Assembly: GCA_030704615.1 (NCBI GenBank)
Contig: CM060733.1
Coordinates: 14,136,001-14,200,000 of the forward strand
Length of the DNA: 64,000 nt
Direction: 5' to 3'
Source of the DNA: Takakia lepidozioides
Lineage: Eukaryota; Plantae; Bryophyta
The notes beneath the pieces were generated by a model, which made no database searches, was not told where the DNA came from, and was given only the letters and a program-made list of their open reading frames with translations. This document shows positions 26,031 to 37,761 of this stretch, one piece after another. Position 1 is the first letter of the stretch; the number at the start of each line of letters is the position of its first letter. Position numbers and translations under genes: made by a program.

Positions 26031-29000
26031 ATGGAGGATGCTTGTGAAAAAGGTGGAGCGGACTGGTTGGATTTTGTGCACCAAACCAGACTGAAGAAGG
26101 AGCGAAGGTACTGGTACTCACCAGACGAGTTTGATCATAAAATAGTGGAAGCATTTGTAGACCTCCGCGCCCGGAAGCCCAAAAACTCGAATTGGCAGAA
26201 GGACAAGCTCTTCTGTCCCTTCTGTGAAGAGGTAATCAAGGACAAAATCCAACTAAATCGGCATTGTGTTGACACGGGTTGCAAGGAGACTGTTGCAATG
26301 ATTCCACGGGATTTCAAGCCTTGGCCGATACTGAAAGAAATGTCGATTGTCAAAGAGGCCACAATGCGCTTGCGCGGATCAGTGCTTGACCCCCGCACTT
26401 TGGAATTAGACGAAGTGCGCGCACGGTATGGCGTCCATTGTGGTGGCCCGTCAATGGAGGATTTGCAAGTGCAGGGAACGCTGGACGCTCCCAGAAAACG
26501 TAAACTGAGTGATGGGGCCCAAAAAAAGGAGAGGCAAAAAAAGGAGAAGGCTGCAAGGTCTGCTCGCGAGGCAAGGGCAAAATCCACGCAACAGACTGAA
26601 CCCCGTCCTGGGCGGCAGACCCACACCATCAGTACTGATACTGAAAGTGAATCTGCTCAGGGCCTGGAAGGGGTGACAAGTCCAGTGGACATTGACTTGC
26701 CTGACCAGACTCGGCAGCAGACTCACACAAATATCGCGACCCATGCCATCGGTTTAGGGTCAAAACCAAAAACTCAACAGAGCACTGAAGGGCCAGTCTG
26801 CCCTGGCACATTGCGCCTCGTTGACTTTGGGCTTTTCCCACCAGAGTGCCCACCAATTGGGGATCCAGACTTCTTCCGTTATTTCTACAGAGTTGCCCAG
26901 TCAGGTCTGCTACGCACATTAATCCGACAGGCGGAACAGAACTGGTTGAACAGCTTTGAAGATGAAGATGACGATGATGAAGTAGAGGAGGTAATGGTCA
27001 GTCTGACCGCCCAGTCTGTTCTCTGTGCTGTTTGAGTCCATCATCGGGGTCACGTTGCCTATTCAGTCTGGTCAGTCCCCTGCGTTCTCTCCTCAGTCCG
27101 CTGGCTCAGTCCGCTCGTCAGTTAGTCTGTTTTATATCGCTGCATTACTTACTGAGTCCGTTTGTCAGTCCGCTGGTCCAGTCCACTGGTATAGTCTACT
27201 AGTTGCCTCCACCCTACGTACGCACGTTACAGTCTGCTGGTCTGTGAGTCCAGTCCGCTGCATGAGGTGAATATAGAGTCCACGTCCATGTTCCTGACGT
27301 CGAAGTTCTCTGCCGTGTACCAGGATGAACGTGTTTCTATTCGTAGGGCCATTCAGGCTTGGCGGATACCTAGCAATGATGCTCCTTTACAAGCGACTGC
27401 AGTGCGTGCGGAAGTGGACCGCGTGCGAGAGTACATATTATTGAAGTATCCTGGGTCATCTGCTGCTATAGCGGCATTACATATTGAAGACGCGTCGGGG
27501 GGGAATGCGTCTGGGACAGCCGAGTCTGCCATCCAGCAGACTCCCATTCAGCAGGCCGTCATCCAGCAGACTCCCGTTCAGCAGCCTGTCATCCAGCAGA
27601 CTCCAAGAGAGCAGACTCCCAACGAGCAGCCTGTCATCCTGCAGACTCCTCTCCAGGAGCCCATCATGCAGCCCATGCCAATGGGAAGTCCTGTCATCCA
27701 ACAGACTGCGGACCAGCAGACTGACCAGCAGACTGCCTTTCTCTCACATAGCACGGCGCTTTTTGCAGTTTGGCGATCGCCATCACCGGTAATTCGCCCG
27801 GAGCTGAAGACCTCACACTTCCCCGGCTTAGGGTGGGAGAAATTAATCCCCATTTGGATTGGCATAATGAGCTCCACCGGATTGTTGCGGACCGCCGGTG
27901 GTCATTTGTACCCTTTCATTATTCCATGGAGTTTTCTATTGAGGAAGCCAACCATGTTCTAGAAGCCGCCTCTGCTGTTGCCATTGAAGCCACAAGCGAC
28001 CAAAATGCGCCGCCTCTACTTGTGCAGCTGATTCTCATGGATGACCCACGGCCTGAAGACCTCAGACATATGCCTATGGCACATCCAATTTGGGGTGCGA
28101 AGAAAGCACTTGTTCGGATTGACTGAGGAGGACTTTGAGCGCATGGCAGCTTCCTTCCTACAACACAGATGGATGCAATTTGGCAATTTCCGCTCATACA
28201 ACAAGTTGATGAAGGATCTGCATAGTTTGAGGATGGACTTACTCCATGGAACAGACCATTCACAGAAGTTTGTGGTGGATGACGCATTGCACTGGTTTGC
28301 ATTGGTGATGGAGCGAGCAGTATTCGACATTGTTTTGCAGAATCCCAATGTCTTCAAAGTCCTGTGGTGTGGGATCCCAACTGAAGACCGCATCGGCGCC
28401 ATTGCTCATCTCGATGGAGCATGCCTGTGCCGGCAAATCAAGGACATTGGCCTCGTCGGAAATCTCTTGGAAGGTAAAATGTTATGGGCAACTTTCGTGT
28501 TTCAGCTCAATTTCTTTTGCCAACTTTTTTACAAGTTCACATTTGCATAAACATGTGTTGCAGGGCGAGTTGATCTGGGAGACAAGCAAGTGCAGGCTGC
28601 TTTCGACTCTTTTGCCAGAGGTGCAAGGGACCTTGTCCTGGCTTTACAAGGAGTTCGGGAGACTGTCCAGCAGACTGGCCACAAGAATGTCCAGCAGAGA
28701 CTGCCCAAGTGCTGGAGACCGAGCATGTGCACCAGACCGTCCCGGGTAATAGGCCGGATCACTCCCAGCAGACTGCCCCGCACACACATACTCAGTATGT
28801 GCAAACAGTACTGAGCGGGCAGCGAACTTTGCAGACTTTGCAGCAGACCGGAGAACAGACCGGCCAACAGACTGCCCCTCAGCCGACTGTGCAGCAGACC
28901 AGCGAACATGGCCACCAGACTGCCCCTCAGCAAACTGTACAGCAGACCGACAAATCCAGCCAGCAGATTGCCCCTCAGCAGACCGTGCAGCAGACCGACG

Positions 29001-31758
29001 AATCCAGCCAGCAGATTGCCCCTCAGCAGACTGTGCAGCACACTGGCGAACCTACTCAGCAGATGGCCGAGCAGACTATCCAGGAGACTAACAGCCAGTC
29101 TGTTCCCTGGATTGTGCAACAGACTCGGATGCACTGGCCTCACCGGGACCCTGTGGACGAATTTCTGCTGAGTTCCCAACAACATGTTTTTGGATCTGCC
29201 AGTATGAGTGTTTTGACCGAGTCCACTTTTCCCCCAGGCACATTCACTGACGACGTCATCAGGTCACCGGTAAAGCATTCTTATCCAGCTCCCCGTGGCC
29301 TGCCTTCTATGACCTTCCAGGTTAGTCCGGTTTTCGTGCGCTCAGTGGCGAAAGCCATAGATGAGTCTTACGTGATGACCGAACTCAATCTGGGAACGCA
29401 AAACCGTATCATAGATCTTACAGAAGAGTCTGAGGAAGCAATTGCCGGTGGGTCTTCCATACATGTTCTTGATGTTTCCCAAGTCCATGGAGATCCGAAC
29501 ACCCAGCCGGCTGTCCACCAGACTGACCAGCACACTGAACAGTGGACACATGGAAGGACTGCCGAGCAACCTGTGGCGGGGCAGCATACTGTCTTCATTG
29601 ATGAGCAGACTGAACCGCAGACTAACCAGCAGACTGCACAGGTCACAGATGGAAGGACTGACCAGGATGGCTCGGAGCGGCAGACTGCACAGCTCAGCTC
29701 TGACTGCACAGTTCAGATTGCACGGCCTGACCAGCACACTGCACACTTCACAGAGGGAAGGACTGACGACCAACCTGCCACCGAGCACATTGCCCACATT
29801 GAGGAAGAGACTGAACCGCAGAGTTGCCAGCAGACTGCACAGTTCACAGACGAAGAGAACCGGCGGCCGAGCAGACTGCCCACATTGAGCAACAGACTGA
29901 ACATGCTGGCAGGCACACTGACAAGGAACCACATGCGGCGCAGACACCGTCTGGTATAGCGCTGGATTACATGGAGTCTGCTCCCTCACCCCTTGGGCAG
30001 GTTGTGCCATTTCCTCTTTCAGCACTGTTGTTTATGTTTTAGCACATTGTGAAATTGGACTAATTCGACATTTTGCTCGGTATCCTCACAGGATGTTCGT
30101 CCCTCCGTCGGCAGACTGTCTACTTCTGAGGACATGACATCTTCCGCCCATGCTGCAAACGTGGGATCGACAACCAAGAAAGGTGTGGGGGTGAGCACGC
30201 CCCCCGATGCGCGGGTCAGTTCTACGCATGCGACCCACGAAGCTGCAAAGACAGGTCCAGCAAGTGTAAACAAACCTGCTGACCAGCCTCTGTTGCGAAG
30301 TAGGGCGGCAGCGCTGCGTTTGTCTGCTCTATCCAGCCCGCCTACAGCTGTCCCTGCTTCCCAGGGGAGAGGCAAAGCCAAGAAGCGGACTGTCGTGGAC
30401 CATGCTGAGGAGGTCGAGGAGGGTCCGAGTACCAAGAGACCGGCGAAGAAAAAGTCTGGCGTCTTTATGAACAAGAACCGCAAGCTGGCCTTGGACATGG
30501 ACAAAGATGTGGGTCGTTTCCTGGAGTAGCACAGGTGAGTACTGTGCTCAGTCTCCTCGTCTGTCTTTGTCGTTAAGTGCTTTGCGCTCTGTTGTGGTCA
30601 GTCTGCACGCTGGTCAGTCTGCTGCTGGTTTCATCATTGTCTGTTGTGGTTAGTCTTGTCAGTCTGATGAATTGTTCAGCCTGTAGAGTGTTTGGTACCA
30701 TGTTGACGTCAGTCTGTTCAGTACATGAGGCTTCCCGAAGGATGGTCTGCTCTGTGCAGGATGGGTGCTCGGTTTGGCAAAGCACATGCTCTGCACGTGA
30801 AGGCAGGTAATTCCATGCTGATGTTTTTTGAAGGGGACCCACGGTTTGAATGCGGACTGTCGCCGGATGACATAAAGGCGGTCCAGAAGGTTGAGTCGGA
30901 GTGCACAGATAGACTCCTGGAGCTGTGGTGTCGATTCTATGAGAAGTCGGTTGAGGCTGCGTTCACCAACACTATTGCTGTTCTTCCAACGTCGACGTGG
31001 ACGGTGTTGAAGTCATTGGGGGTGGGGCAACATGAAAGCCTTCTGGAGGTCTTGAAAGGTTGCCTCAGCACTGAACGACTGGGCAAGGACTTGAAAGAGT
31101 GCGATTTCATTTTGGTGCCAATTGGGGACGAGTAAGAACTCTTCTGAGTCTGCTGAGACTGTCTCCTGAGTCATAGTCTGGTTTCGCAGTGTCGTCTTGA
31201 CTCTGAGCGATTAAGTTGACCTCTGTATTTGTGCAGTGGACTGGGTTTGAAGATTGAGTCTGCTGAGTGGTCGGTCTGCTGAGTCTGCCCATCATGATTG
31301 TGCAATGACGCCATGTTGTTTGATACCATTGCAGGGGGCACTGGAGTGTTTGTATCATCGACCTCCGCAAGGGCTGTTACACTCACCTGAACTCTATCAG
31401 GGACTTGCATAAATGTCCCTTTGTTCTAGGGTGGATTCGGAAGCTTCATGCGCAGTGCTTAGGGTACTCGATGGACTCACCAGAGTGGCATGAGATTGTC
31501 CAAGCATTTCAGTTCCACGCGCCTGATGTGCCCCAGCAACCATTCAGCTGGGAGTGTGGCTTTTACGTCATGTCATTCATTCAAGTGTTTTATGAGTGGG
31601 TAAAAGTCAGAGCAAATGTCTCCAAGACTGCAAAGCCAGAGAGAGGAACACCTTTCACGAAGGACTGGTTTACTTTCAAGTTTGCACTTGGGCAGCGAAT
31701 GCAGTGTGCCCAGTATATCATGCGGGGGTTGGACAATGTAGAGAAACTGCTCTCATGA
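26031..31758 (+). pseudogene. MULE accessory gene(s): N-terminal Cys/His finger, QQT-repeat region, C-terminal Ulp1/C48 SUMO-protease-like domain; multi-exon, frameshifted
   Basis: Exon 26031-26990 with CPFCEEVIKDKIQLNRHCVDTGC; canonical GT-AG junctions (26991/27323, 28474/28563); last exons give FILVPIGDE-GHWSVCIIDL..HLNSI..VPQQPFSWECGFYVM (His/Gln/Cys of C48, Asn at the usual Asp). May be one gene or two. Confidence 0.75.
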
Positions 31759-32304
31759 GTATGATGTACTTGTCATGTGAAGTCTATGTACCGAAATAAA
31801 AAATGCGAGTCTTTTCGCGTACTATTCCAGTGGTGATGAGCATTTTTGTGTACTGTGGGTGCTGGCATGTTTTGTAATGTTGTCACTAAACTCAATGGAC
31901 ACAATGGTGTCAATTTTTCCATGCACTGTGCACCCAAGTCTGCTGAGCTTGAATGTGCGAGCAGTACGCTGCGAGGCTAGGACTGCTGGGTCTGGTACCC
32001 AGTCTGGGAGGCACCATGTCCATGAGTCCGCTGGGACGCTGGATTGGCATAAGTTGCAGGGATGAGGTGGAAGTGTGGTGAGCAGACTTTTGGAGTGGGC
32101 AGCAGACTGACCAGCAGACTGGCTTACTGGCGCTCGCAGTCTGTTGACTGTGACTCTGTTGGGAGATTGTGCGTGAGTCCGTTGGGAGACTATGCTTGGG
32201 AGACTGTGTGGGAGTCAGTTGGGAGACTGGAGGAGTCCGTTGGGAGACTGTGCATTAGTCCATTGCGGACTTGTATTTCAGAAAGGGACAATGCTACCAG
32301 AAGA

Positions 32305-32555
32305 AATTGCAGACTTATATTGTCTTCTTCGTGACACCTACACGACATGTCACCTTGTCTCTTTTGAGGAATTGCAGACTTATATTGTCTTCTTCGTGAC
32401 ACCTACACGACATGAAACCTTGTCTCTTTTCGAGGAATTGCAGACTTATATTGTCTTCTCCGTGACACCTACACGACGTGAAACCTTGTCTGTTTTCGAG
32501 GCATTACAGACTTATATTGTCTTCTTCGTGACATCTACACGACCTGAAACCTTGC
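32305..32555. repeat. Tandem repeat, ~4 copies of 65-66 bp, between the converging MULE genes
   Basis: AATTGCAGACTTATATTGTCTTCTTCGTGACACCTACACGAC.. at 32305, 32370, 32436 and 32502. Confidence 0.92.
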
Positions 32556-35500
32556 AAATTTTCGAGTATATATGTGCTGCAGGTGCAGGTGCAGACACCC
32601 TCTTGCTGGTTCTCCGCAAAACCCTAGGCCGGGTTTTCCAGGTCTCCACGAAATCTCGTCTCCTTTTCAGAGACATGTTGTTGTTGTCGTTCAGAGGACG
32701 GAAAGCCTTCGCTGCCGCAGGGTGCAACATTCCAGCCGCACTTTTCGCCAGGATATCAACGAGCTGCCCTCTGCACATATGAAGAGCAGATCGGGCATGT
32801 GCCTCCAGGTATTTGTCATCACCTACAATGCGAAGTATGTCCGCGAATTCTTGTTCCAATGAGGCTAAGACCTGCAGAGGTGCCTCGTCGTAGGGGAAGT
32901 CGTCCGGAGGATGTCTTTCCATGAACTGATTGGATTCGTCGATGCCGCCGGCACCATTGCCCAAGAGCAAGTTAGGTAATCCTCCATGAATGGTTCCCAG
33001 CGCCGTGCCACAAGCGCGCACAAGGAGGCCATCCTGCAGGTCAGGGTGAAGCATCTTCAAGACATGGACCTGATGCTTGCATAAGTTTCCCTTCATTACC
33101 CATGGGCACGTGCAACAACCCCAATCGCAATCAGGATTGTAAACAATGTATATTGTGCCGGGGTGGTTGCTGCTGAGAACGTAGGCTGGTTCACCAGGAC
33201 CCAAGGGAAGAGTAACACTCTCAGCAGGAATGTCTCGTGCCGCAAGTATAGAACTGGATATGTACTTTTCGTGTTTGTCATTTCTTATGAACCCGTGGGT
33301 CTTCAAATGGATTGCGTACCAGTAGTGTGTTAGCACACGGCCAGTGAGTTCCCATATAAGCCAGTCCACTCTACGACCACTCATCTTGCCTTTCCCCATG
33401 GCAAGTCTTGCCTTCAGATTTCCATGGTATGCCTCAATGCTTGCATTTGTGTCTTGGCTCGCATGAGGGACATTGCGGGCTGCTGTACACCACATTGCTA
33501 TTTTGGGCTTCCAGTACTGTTCGATATAGTCAAGAAATTCATGTCCTTTCGGGTATTTTGACCTCATACGACGGATTCTCCTTGCAACCCACCGAAGCGC
33601 TCTTTTCTCGTTGCGTGGTCCCCCTCTACAGTGCATGAGGTCTCCCATATCCTTCAACAAGTTTACAGCGGTCACCGGATCTTTTGTTTTCTTGCATGAT
33701 TGCTTCACCCATGCCTTGCGGACATGCCAAAGGCAGAGGAAAATGAGTACTCCTTCAAAACAATTCTGCACAACACACATGGTACACATTAGAGTCTTGG
33801 GATCGGACTACAATGGTGGACTGCCGGAGTGGACTGTAACATCGACCTGTATCAGCGGGCAGAGCCACTGGACTCGCCCAGTGGACAGTACAATGCCATG
33901 ACGTTGATGTGCTGGAATAACCCCATTGGACTACCCAGTGGACTTCCCCATTGGACTTTCCCTAGCTAGGACTGGGGCAGCGGACTGCCCCAGGGACTAC
34001 TGAGTGGACTTGGCAGCGGACGGCCGACCCCAAGGACTGCTGAGTGGACTTGGCAGCGGACTTGGCAGCGGACTGCCGAGTGGACTTGCCGGGGACTGCC
34101 AGCGGACTTGCCAGGGGACTGATGACCGGACTTGACAGCGGACTACCAGTGGACTGCTGCAGTGGACTTCGATAATGGACCGGTGCTGTGGACCAATGGT
34201 AAGACCTTACCGAATAGCATTGATTTCTACTTCGGCATCGTCCACAATGAAGGCATTGGGTCGCCAGTTCGGCAAATCTGCGAGGAGTGAATCGCGCAAG
34301 GCTCTCATCCACGGAACCAGGTCTCTTGTCCGATTCCTCGCGGATAGGATATAGGCAACTGGTATACCATTCAACCACTCGTCGAAGACCATCAACGTGT
34401 ACAATGAGAACTGTTGGAATGCACAATGTAAGATGGTCAGAGCATGCAAATTCCGCTCAGTTCTGCACGAGAAGACTTCATAAGAGTGATGAGGTCTGTA
34501 GCGGTTCACAATGGGTCTGCCTCTCGGTCTTCCGCAACGTACACAACCCTAAACATACAAAAAGGGTCAGCACACCAAATATTATGTGAATGTTGCATGG
34601 TAATATGATATTATGCTCGTACAAGTCCATGGAATCGTTCGAATAGTACCTTGTCATGATTTGTCCCAAAGGTTGCATCACATGCAACGATACGGTCATG
34701 TCCTATGTCGCGCACCTCACTTCGGTAAGCTCCCCTTCAAGTCATAGTTACTCGCTTTGATGCGCGTGCCTAACTCCCAACCTGGCCGCCGGGCCAACTT
34801 GGAGCTTCGGCTGCTCACCAGGGCATAACGGTCCCCCTTTGATCTCCCAAAGAACCCTCCACCGATTTGGGCCCAGCGGGAATTCCTTTTGGTAGTTGGC
34901 AGTCCGGAACAGCTCCCCACTCTTTGGTCGCTTTCCGGCTCGCTTGCTTACTCACTAGTTTTTGGTCACCAACGGGCTTGCACCGTTCTCGGGGTCACTA
35001 CTCCCCTTATATATACTTCTGTAGCTGTCCGCGGGGGTTTCACAAACAACCATGCCATTTTATGGCGAACCACCACGAAAACCCTCGACTCCTGGTGATG
35101 AGTCGCGGTGAGTCTTGGCCCACCCACCACGGCCCCTATGGACCGTGATGAGTCCCAAGACTCCCCACGACTCCCACCACGAGGTCTCCGCCCCAAGGTG
35201 AGTCCTATGCCACCCCCACTAAGTCCCGGTGTGCGGGGTTCCACCTAGTGAGCACCTCCGCCTCCTTGAGTGCTTTGGGCACTCAAGGGTGCTTCAGCCC
35301 CCCGTACCTATCGCTACCACTGCCCCCACCACAGGGGCAGCCCCTCATGTGTCCCAACCCCCTGCCCTCAAGGCAAAGGGCCGCGACATCCTAGTTCTAG
35401 CATTCGTCGTTTCTGCCACGGAGTCTGTATGCCAATAGTGAATGTCAAATCTCCACCAAAATGCTCGAATGTTGGCTCTAATTTCTCCTCTTGATAGAAA

Positions 35501-36420
35501 AAAACGGACACAGGATTCTGGTCTCTCCACATGCGCACACTCTCTGCATCATCAGCGTGCTTTTTGAAGGTTTGCCACGTACGTTTCTCGGCAAGGTTGC
35601 GAACATCTTGCTCCAACAAGAAATCATTGCGGGTCCATGCATCGCCCAAGCCGGTGTTATTCATCACGTGCTCTTTATGCTCCATCATGATTTGGGCGAC
35701 CGACAGGCCTCGGCACAAACACTCGACGACCCAGGTTTTCAATTCCTCGCTAATGTGTGGTGCATAGGCGTGGCAGGTGTTCCTGAACTCTGCGGACTTC
35801 CTATGCGAGGGTTTCCCTTGCGCATCTGTATGCTCCATGTTGTTGTAGTACGTGAGGACACAGATGTCAAGGGCGAGATAGCATTGCTGGACCTTGAAAC
35901 AGCATTGGCAACCACGCTTGTAAGACTCTCCATACTCCGACTTCTTTCTCCTTGGGCCTTTATGAGGGCAAGATGTTCCAGCACCCACAAGAGGTCCTCC
36001 ACGCTTCTGTTTTGGATCCTCCACTATTGCCTTGTTGGTGCGCTTGTCATCAAGACCGTAGCAGCATTGATACCTGGACATAAAATTCTAAAATTGATAT
36101 CCAACGACTTGAGGAAGCATAAAATCAGAGAACTCGTGAAACAAAAAATGGCAACAGACATGCAATGAAACGTCAAAAGGACTGAGGATGGTGCACACAT
36201 AATACTGGACAGAAATGTGTTGGCTCTGGGTGCTTTTCGCGAGCCGGGTTCCACTTTAGAATGGACATTCACCCAAAACTGAGTGGGGTAGTCCTCCAAA
36301 CTCTCCTCTCCCAGGACGAAGTCACCAACTCTATCCCAAGGTATGCAGGCCTTTTTCAACATTCACTCGCACACCCATAAACCCATATTGCGTCTCACTC
36401 TTCCAATGGAGATCCTTCCT
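32512..36420 (-). pseudogene. MULE DDE transposase with SWIM finger (At4g13970/At1g60560-like family), spliced, disrupted by a solo LTR
   Basis: IPWDRVGDFVLGE; SYKRGCQCCF; FTIGIQTPWQ..LELG[LTR]HDRIVACDATFGTN; FIVDDA; CLWHVRKAW; TNASIEAYH; SWIM CTCPWVMKGNLCKH. Confidence 0.9.
34706..35388. mobile_element. Solo LTR, 683 bp
   Basis: TGTCGCG...CGCGACA termini; 5-bp TSD TCCTA at 34701-34705 and 35389-35393; removing it restores the transposase frame LELG-HDRIVACD. Confidence 0.92.
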
Positions 36421-37574
36421 GTTGAAGGGTCCTAGTTTTGCTGTTTACAAACATTGTCGAAGAGGCCGTATAAGCGGGCTTTCCGTGATTAGTATATCAT
36501 CGGGTTTTGCTTCCACGTCCATGCCCTATACAGTACAAAGGACACGCTTCTGAACATGCAAGAAACGCGCCGCAGTACAAGACACGATCGACAACGTGCC
36601 AGGAGAACAGTGTGCACGTTCGCGGCTGCTGGCAAGTGGCAGGCGGCAGGGATGCAGGTTTGAATTGCAGCCCTAAAAATGGAGGGCTCGGATGGGTTAT
36701 GGGAATGGACGGTGGCGATCCTGCGCTGTCATCGGACTGGATGGCAGGGGACTGGCCAGCGGACTGGCGGACAGACTGGCGGACTGGCAGACTACTGGGC
36801 AGCGGATTGGCCAGCAGCGGACTGGCGGACTGGCAGACTGCTGGGCAGCGGACTGGCAGACTGGAGGGCAGCGGACTCATGGGCGGGGGACTGGCCGCGC
36901 GGCGGACGGGGGCGCGGGCGCCGGTGATGTAGCCGCGCCCGCGGCTGGGCGACCACACTCAGCGGCGGGCGGGCGGGCGGGGTGCTGGGGAGCCGGGCGT
37001 CCGTGCGCGGGGCCCACCGGCCACATCGCACGTGCCCATTGAAGACCCTATTATCTTAAAATGAGAGGCACCAAAAACAGCCTCGTCCATTAGGTGTTAA
37101 AAGGCTCTGTCTTTTTTTCTAAAACAACAAAAAGAAGAAGAAGTGCTGTAACATTTAGTACATTGAATGTGTGAAGAAACAAAACTTGAAAGGAAGAAGG
37201 TAATATTAGAGCACATTTGCAAAAAAGAATTTCAAAAATCTTTTTTTTTCCCCTTCTTGGGCAGCTTAAAAAATGGTGATGATGATGTGGCAACAATGAC
37301 ATGGCAATGATGACGTGAAGATGATGATGTGGCATGATGATGCGTCACTATGGCACCCTATTCCTGCTCTACACTAGAACTAGGCTCCGACCTGTAGTCC
37401 TCATTAGAACGAGTCTCCAACAGTAAAATTAGTTATGGATGAGAAGTAGATGTTATTATTTAGAAAGGAGGAGCGTTACTCTTTCGATGCATGACAGCGG
37501 ATGAATACACGCTCAGCTTGGGTTGGATGGACGAAAAGAGAGTGAGGCTTTCCCACCTCATTCATCCATCCATG

Positions 37575-37602
37575 TAGGGTTTGGCGTTGGCTATTAGGGT
37601 TT
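37575..37602 (+). promoter_or_regulatory. Two telo-box motifs upstream of RPS26
   Basis: TAGGGTTT at 37575-37582 and 37595-37602; telo-boxes are typical of plant ribosomal protein promoters. Confidence 0.65.
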
Positions 37603-37761
37603 AATTCGCTGCTCTGGCAAAACATGGCGAAATGCAGTTTTAGGGCAAACGATTGTGGCGGAACTTCGTGTGGGGGGGTGAGGAAGGGCCGAGTGCAGAA
37701 GAACCTTTCCTTTTGCGTTCATCGGTCGCTGAGCGTCTGGGATTCTGCTGCATCTGCAGCC

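Larger units (their letters stand above)
23637..37069 (-). mobile_element. Mutator-like element (MULE), 13.4 kb, long TIRs
   Basis: ~400-bp TIRs 23637-24041 and 36669-37069 starting GCCTCTCATTTTAAGATAATAGGG; perfect 9-bp TSD ACCAAAAAC at 23628-23636 and 37070-37078; SWIM transposase inside. Confidence 0.95.
19005..37096 (+). mobile_element. piggyBac element A (~4.65 kb of own sequence, interrupted by a 13.4-kb MULE)
   Basis: TTAA at 19001-19004 and 37097-37100; 15-bp TIR CCCCTAATGGACGAG / CTCGTCCATTAGGTG (1 mismatch); piggyBac transposase inside. Confidence 0.93.

Noticed and set aside
32192-32782. 196-aa plus-strand ORF with repeats
   Set aside because: Made of the 66-bp tandem repeat plus antisense of the transposase 3' end.
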